A stretch of 64,000 nt of DNA from the human T2T-CHM13v2.0 reference genome, Homo sapiens. Shown here one piece after another: positions 59,882-64,000 of the stretch. The position numbers and the translations under genes were made by a program. Within the stretch, counting starts at the first letter, position 1; each line of letters starts with the position of its first letter. The notes under the pieces are model-generated. The model saw only the letters and a program-made list of their open reading frames with translations, was not told where the DNA came from and did not search any database. The DNA lies in NCBI RefSeq assembly GCF_009914755.1, contig NC_060930.1. The stretch is one strand, 5' to 3'.

Positions 59882-60238
59882 CCTAACTGTTTTTATACCA
59901 CTTACTTCAGAATCGTGAAAACTAATTTTAAAAAATGAAAAAGCCAGGACACAAAGGTGCTATTGAGGAAGTTACAGAGAATAAATTACCTTTTTAGGAT
60001 AATTTAAATCCTCCTGACAATAGTATAAAACTATATATCTTTATACAATTTTTTGGCACTTAAATCAAAAAAATTATAAATAGCTCTATAAAGTTCATAT
60101 CAAATACAAGTTCTTCATTTAAAAAAATTCCACAGTTTATAAATTATTCCTGGAGTCAAGCACCAAGGGGGAGTGAGGAGGGGAACTCCCCCTCCACACT
60201 GTCTGACCCTTTTAAATATCCATAATTGCAAGGGTGAC
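59882..60238 (-). promoter_or_regulatory. IBTK: 5' UTR part of exon 2 with three uORFs and a stem-loop
   Basis: Strong acceptor TTTTCTCTTCTCTTTCTCTTATAG|G (AG at 60240-60239); uORFs at 60223-60212, 60118-60095, 60098-60060; hairpin 60200-60172. Confidence 0.85.
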
Positions 60239-60338
60239 CTATAAGAGAAAGAGAAGAGAAAATAAAAATTCAAAATCTGTCTCTCGCTCTCCTTGAGTAC
60301 TTTAGAACACAACTACCTCCATATTTAGATGCCCTTAA

Positions 60339-60467
60339 CCCATTTATGCTTAGTGTTCCATTACTGGAACACTAAGCTTACGGGAGTTATTTATATCCTA
60401 ATGCTCAAGGTCATCGCCAAGATCTGATTTTTCACAAAAAACATTTGCAACCTCTGGCATAAACGGG
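60339..60467 (+). mobile_element. MER85 (piggyBac/PGBD3-derived MITE)
   Basis: TTAA on both sides; CCCATTTATGC...GCATAAACGGG TIRs; internal GTTCCA-N4-TGGAAC palindrome. Confidence 0.9.
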
Positions 60468-61430
60468 TTAATTCCTTTTTTTTCTTAAATCTATCGACCT
60501 TTCATATTTATGGTACCTATATTTTTATCAGTCATCCTTACTCCATTTTTCCACTCTCATGTTTAAAGTTAACCCACATTGGTTGTACTCTGGAGTTTCT
60601 CTTTCTTTCCAGTCCTTCATTCCTTCTATGCTGTATTTTTACACTCTACTAGTTATGTCCCCACAAGCTATGAATACGCTTAAATCTACCATCTTTCTAA
60701 GAATCCCATCCCAAACCTATACCCCCTAAAACTGTATCATCACCACCAACACAACAATAACCAACACTCTCATCAGTTACTCCGTTTTTACTAAGTACCC
60801 AGGCACTGTGTTAATATTGTTACCTCTGCCTGAAAAGTCCTTCATCACATGAAGAGATGATAATTAAACAAAGGTATTAAAACAACTGGATAGCTATCTT
60901 TAAAAAACAACTTTAGATACGGTACTTACTTTATATCTTATACCAATATAAATTCTAGATGGTTCAAAGGCAAACAAAAAAACGAAACTACAAAAGCACT
61001 GGATGAAAATACAAAAGACTCTTTTTTTATAATCACAAAGTACAAAACACCTTTCTAAGCAGGATCTGAAATCCGAAAGTCATAAAAGATTAATTCAATA
61101 GTTTAAAAATTACATTAAAAAGTTTAAAGACAAAAGGAGAAAAATTTGCCTCAATATATATGGTCTTTTAGATCTTCCTTAATGTGTAGTCTTTGGGAGC
61201 AGAGAAAATTGGCTATAAGAAGACTATTTAGAAGGACATACTTGAGTTTACTATATGTATAGGGAAAGCTTCTATGCATCAGAGGGAAGTATGAAATATT
61301 CTAAATCTGTATTTTTCCACTCCCACTTCATACCACACCAAAGAGTCAGAAATCTGAGATCTAACTAGTTTTCTGATCTTAACTACTTTGATTTCTCCAC
61401 CTGGAAACTAGATGATTATAATCTTCTCTA

Positions 61431-61925
<495 letters not shown>

Positions 61926-62058
61926 TAGCTCCAGATCTGTTCTACTAATACATTCTGTAATTTGATATAGTCCTCATAAAAATCATCTCCCCCTTAAAAC
62001 ACTGATTTGAACAACAGCAACAAAAAGAACAAGATAAAACAAATAAAAATGTGTTTGG

Positions 62059-62686
<628 letters not shown>

Positions 62687-62723
62687 TCAAGTACTTTAAA
62701 AGGTTAAAAATGGAAAGCATGAC

Positions 62724-63086
62724 ACAGTAGTTCCCCATTATCCATTTGCTTTCTATGGTTTCTATTACCCACAATCAACCATAGTCCAAAAATATTAAAT
62801 GAAAATTTTGGAAATAAACAATTTATGTTTTAAATTGCATACTATTCTGAGCAGTATGATGAAATCTCATAGTGTCCCACTCCAAACCACTCCACCTCAC
62901 CTGAGACATGAATCATACATTTGTCCAGCATTGCCATACTGTACATGCTACCAACTCGATAGTCACTGAGTAGCCCTCTTGGTTAGCAAATTGTAAAAAC
63001 ATAGCATATATAGGGTTCAGTACTCTCTGCAGTTTCAGGCATCCACTGGGGGTTTTAGAATGTGTCCTTGGATAAGTAGGGACTAT
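62724..63086. mobile_element. Tigger4/MER46-type DNA transposon remnant
   Basis: CAGTAGTTCCCCATTATCC start; TTTCAGGCATCCACTGGGGGT...GGATAAG..GGGACTA end. Confidence 0.7.
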
Positions 63087-64000
63087 TTATTGTATGTGGC
63101 AAAATAGTTCATCCAGTTAATTTCATTCTTTTAAAGCTCTAAAATCCCACCATGTTTGTATTTTCATTGTATGCATAATACCTGGAAGGAACTACTTACT
63201 GGTGAATCACTCAAACCTTACATTAAAGAATTAAGATACAACAGAAAAGAATTCCCTAATTCATTAGTATATATAATGTAAACATTTAAAGGGGGGAAAA
63301 AAGAATGTTAAAAAGTCATTCCATACTATCATATAGAGAAAGCGGCACCTACAGAATACTATGAACATAAACATGGAAGCGATTAAGAGCTAGGATTTCT
63401 TAGAGTTTTACATACATAGATTCAAATATAGCAATGTCAGCTGTTATCAGTTATATAACTAAAAAATGACATAATCTCTCCAAGTCGTTTCTTCATCTGA
63501 AAATAGAAACAATCCATGGACTTCACATGGTTACTATAATGATAAATGAAACTACCTAACATGGTACCTGGCACTAAATATGCATTCGACAAATAATAGT
63601 TTTCATTACTATTGTTTCTTCAGTCATAAAAAGGTAATACATTTTAACTCCAAAATTCATGTTTGAGCTTCATTATCACTTGTTACCACTTCTCCAAAGA
63701 AATCATTATTGCTAAAGTTACTAATGACTTCCAAATTACCAAACACTTTTAGATATTTTCAATTCTTACTTGCCTTCCCTGCTTTTATGTCTTTAAAACC
63801 TCATTCCCTTAAGGAGTCTAAAAGAGATCCAGGAAGGGCAGGAAGTCGCAGAAACATTTAAGCATGGGCTCTCTCTCTTAACCACTTCTTCCTAGGGCAT
63901 TATCGCTTCCCCTGTCCTTCAAACTGGGCTTCTCTGAAATAATCCTCAGTCCTCTACTTCATATTGTTCCTGATAGTTTCAATCCTTTTCATGCTTTTAA

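Overview
Human/primate genomic DNA, AT-rich and Alu-dense, lying entirely inside the minus-strand gene IBTK (inhibitor of Bruton tyrosine kinase; ankyrin + RCC1-like + two BTB domains, a CUL3 adaptor). I traced 25 exons (numbered 2-26, assuming one upstream non-coding exon outside the window). All have GT-AG boundaries and consistent phases, giving an open CDS of 3725 nt (M1 to about R1242); the last exons lie left of the window. Introns contain about 45 Alu/FLAM copies, old L1 pieces, MaLR/ERV LTRs, DNA-transposon remnants (Tigger1, Tigger4-type, MER81/MER94-type, MER85, MADE1) and a U6 retrocopy. I see no new multi-gene system. The most interesting signals are local: (1) three independent short tandem duplications that copy splice signals (exon-25 acceptor, 69 nt and in frame; exon-3 donor, 110 nt; exon-17 branch/acceptor region, 47 nt); (2) a uORF plus stem-loop module in the 5' leader; (3) a MER85 with a perfect 13-bp palindrome next to exon 2; (4) a 70-bp templated insertion inside a MADE1; (5) a CTA/CTG compound repeat. 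Nearly all other ORFs in the track are Alu/L1 artefacts. Repeat family names and boundaries are by eye and approximate.
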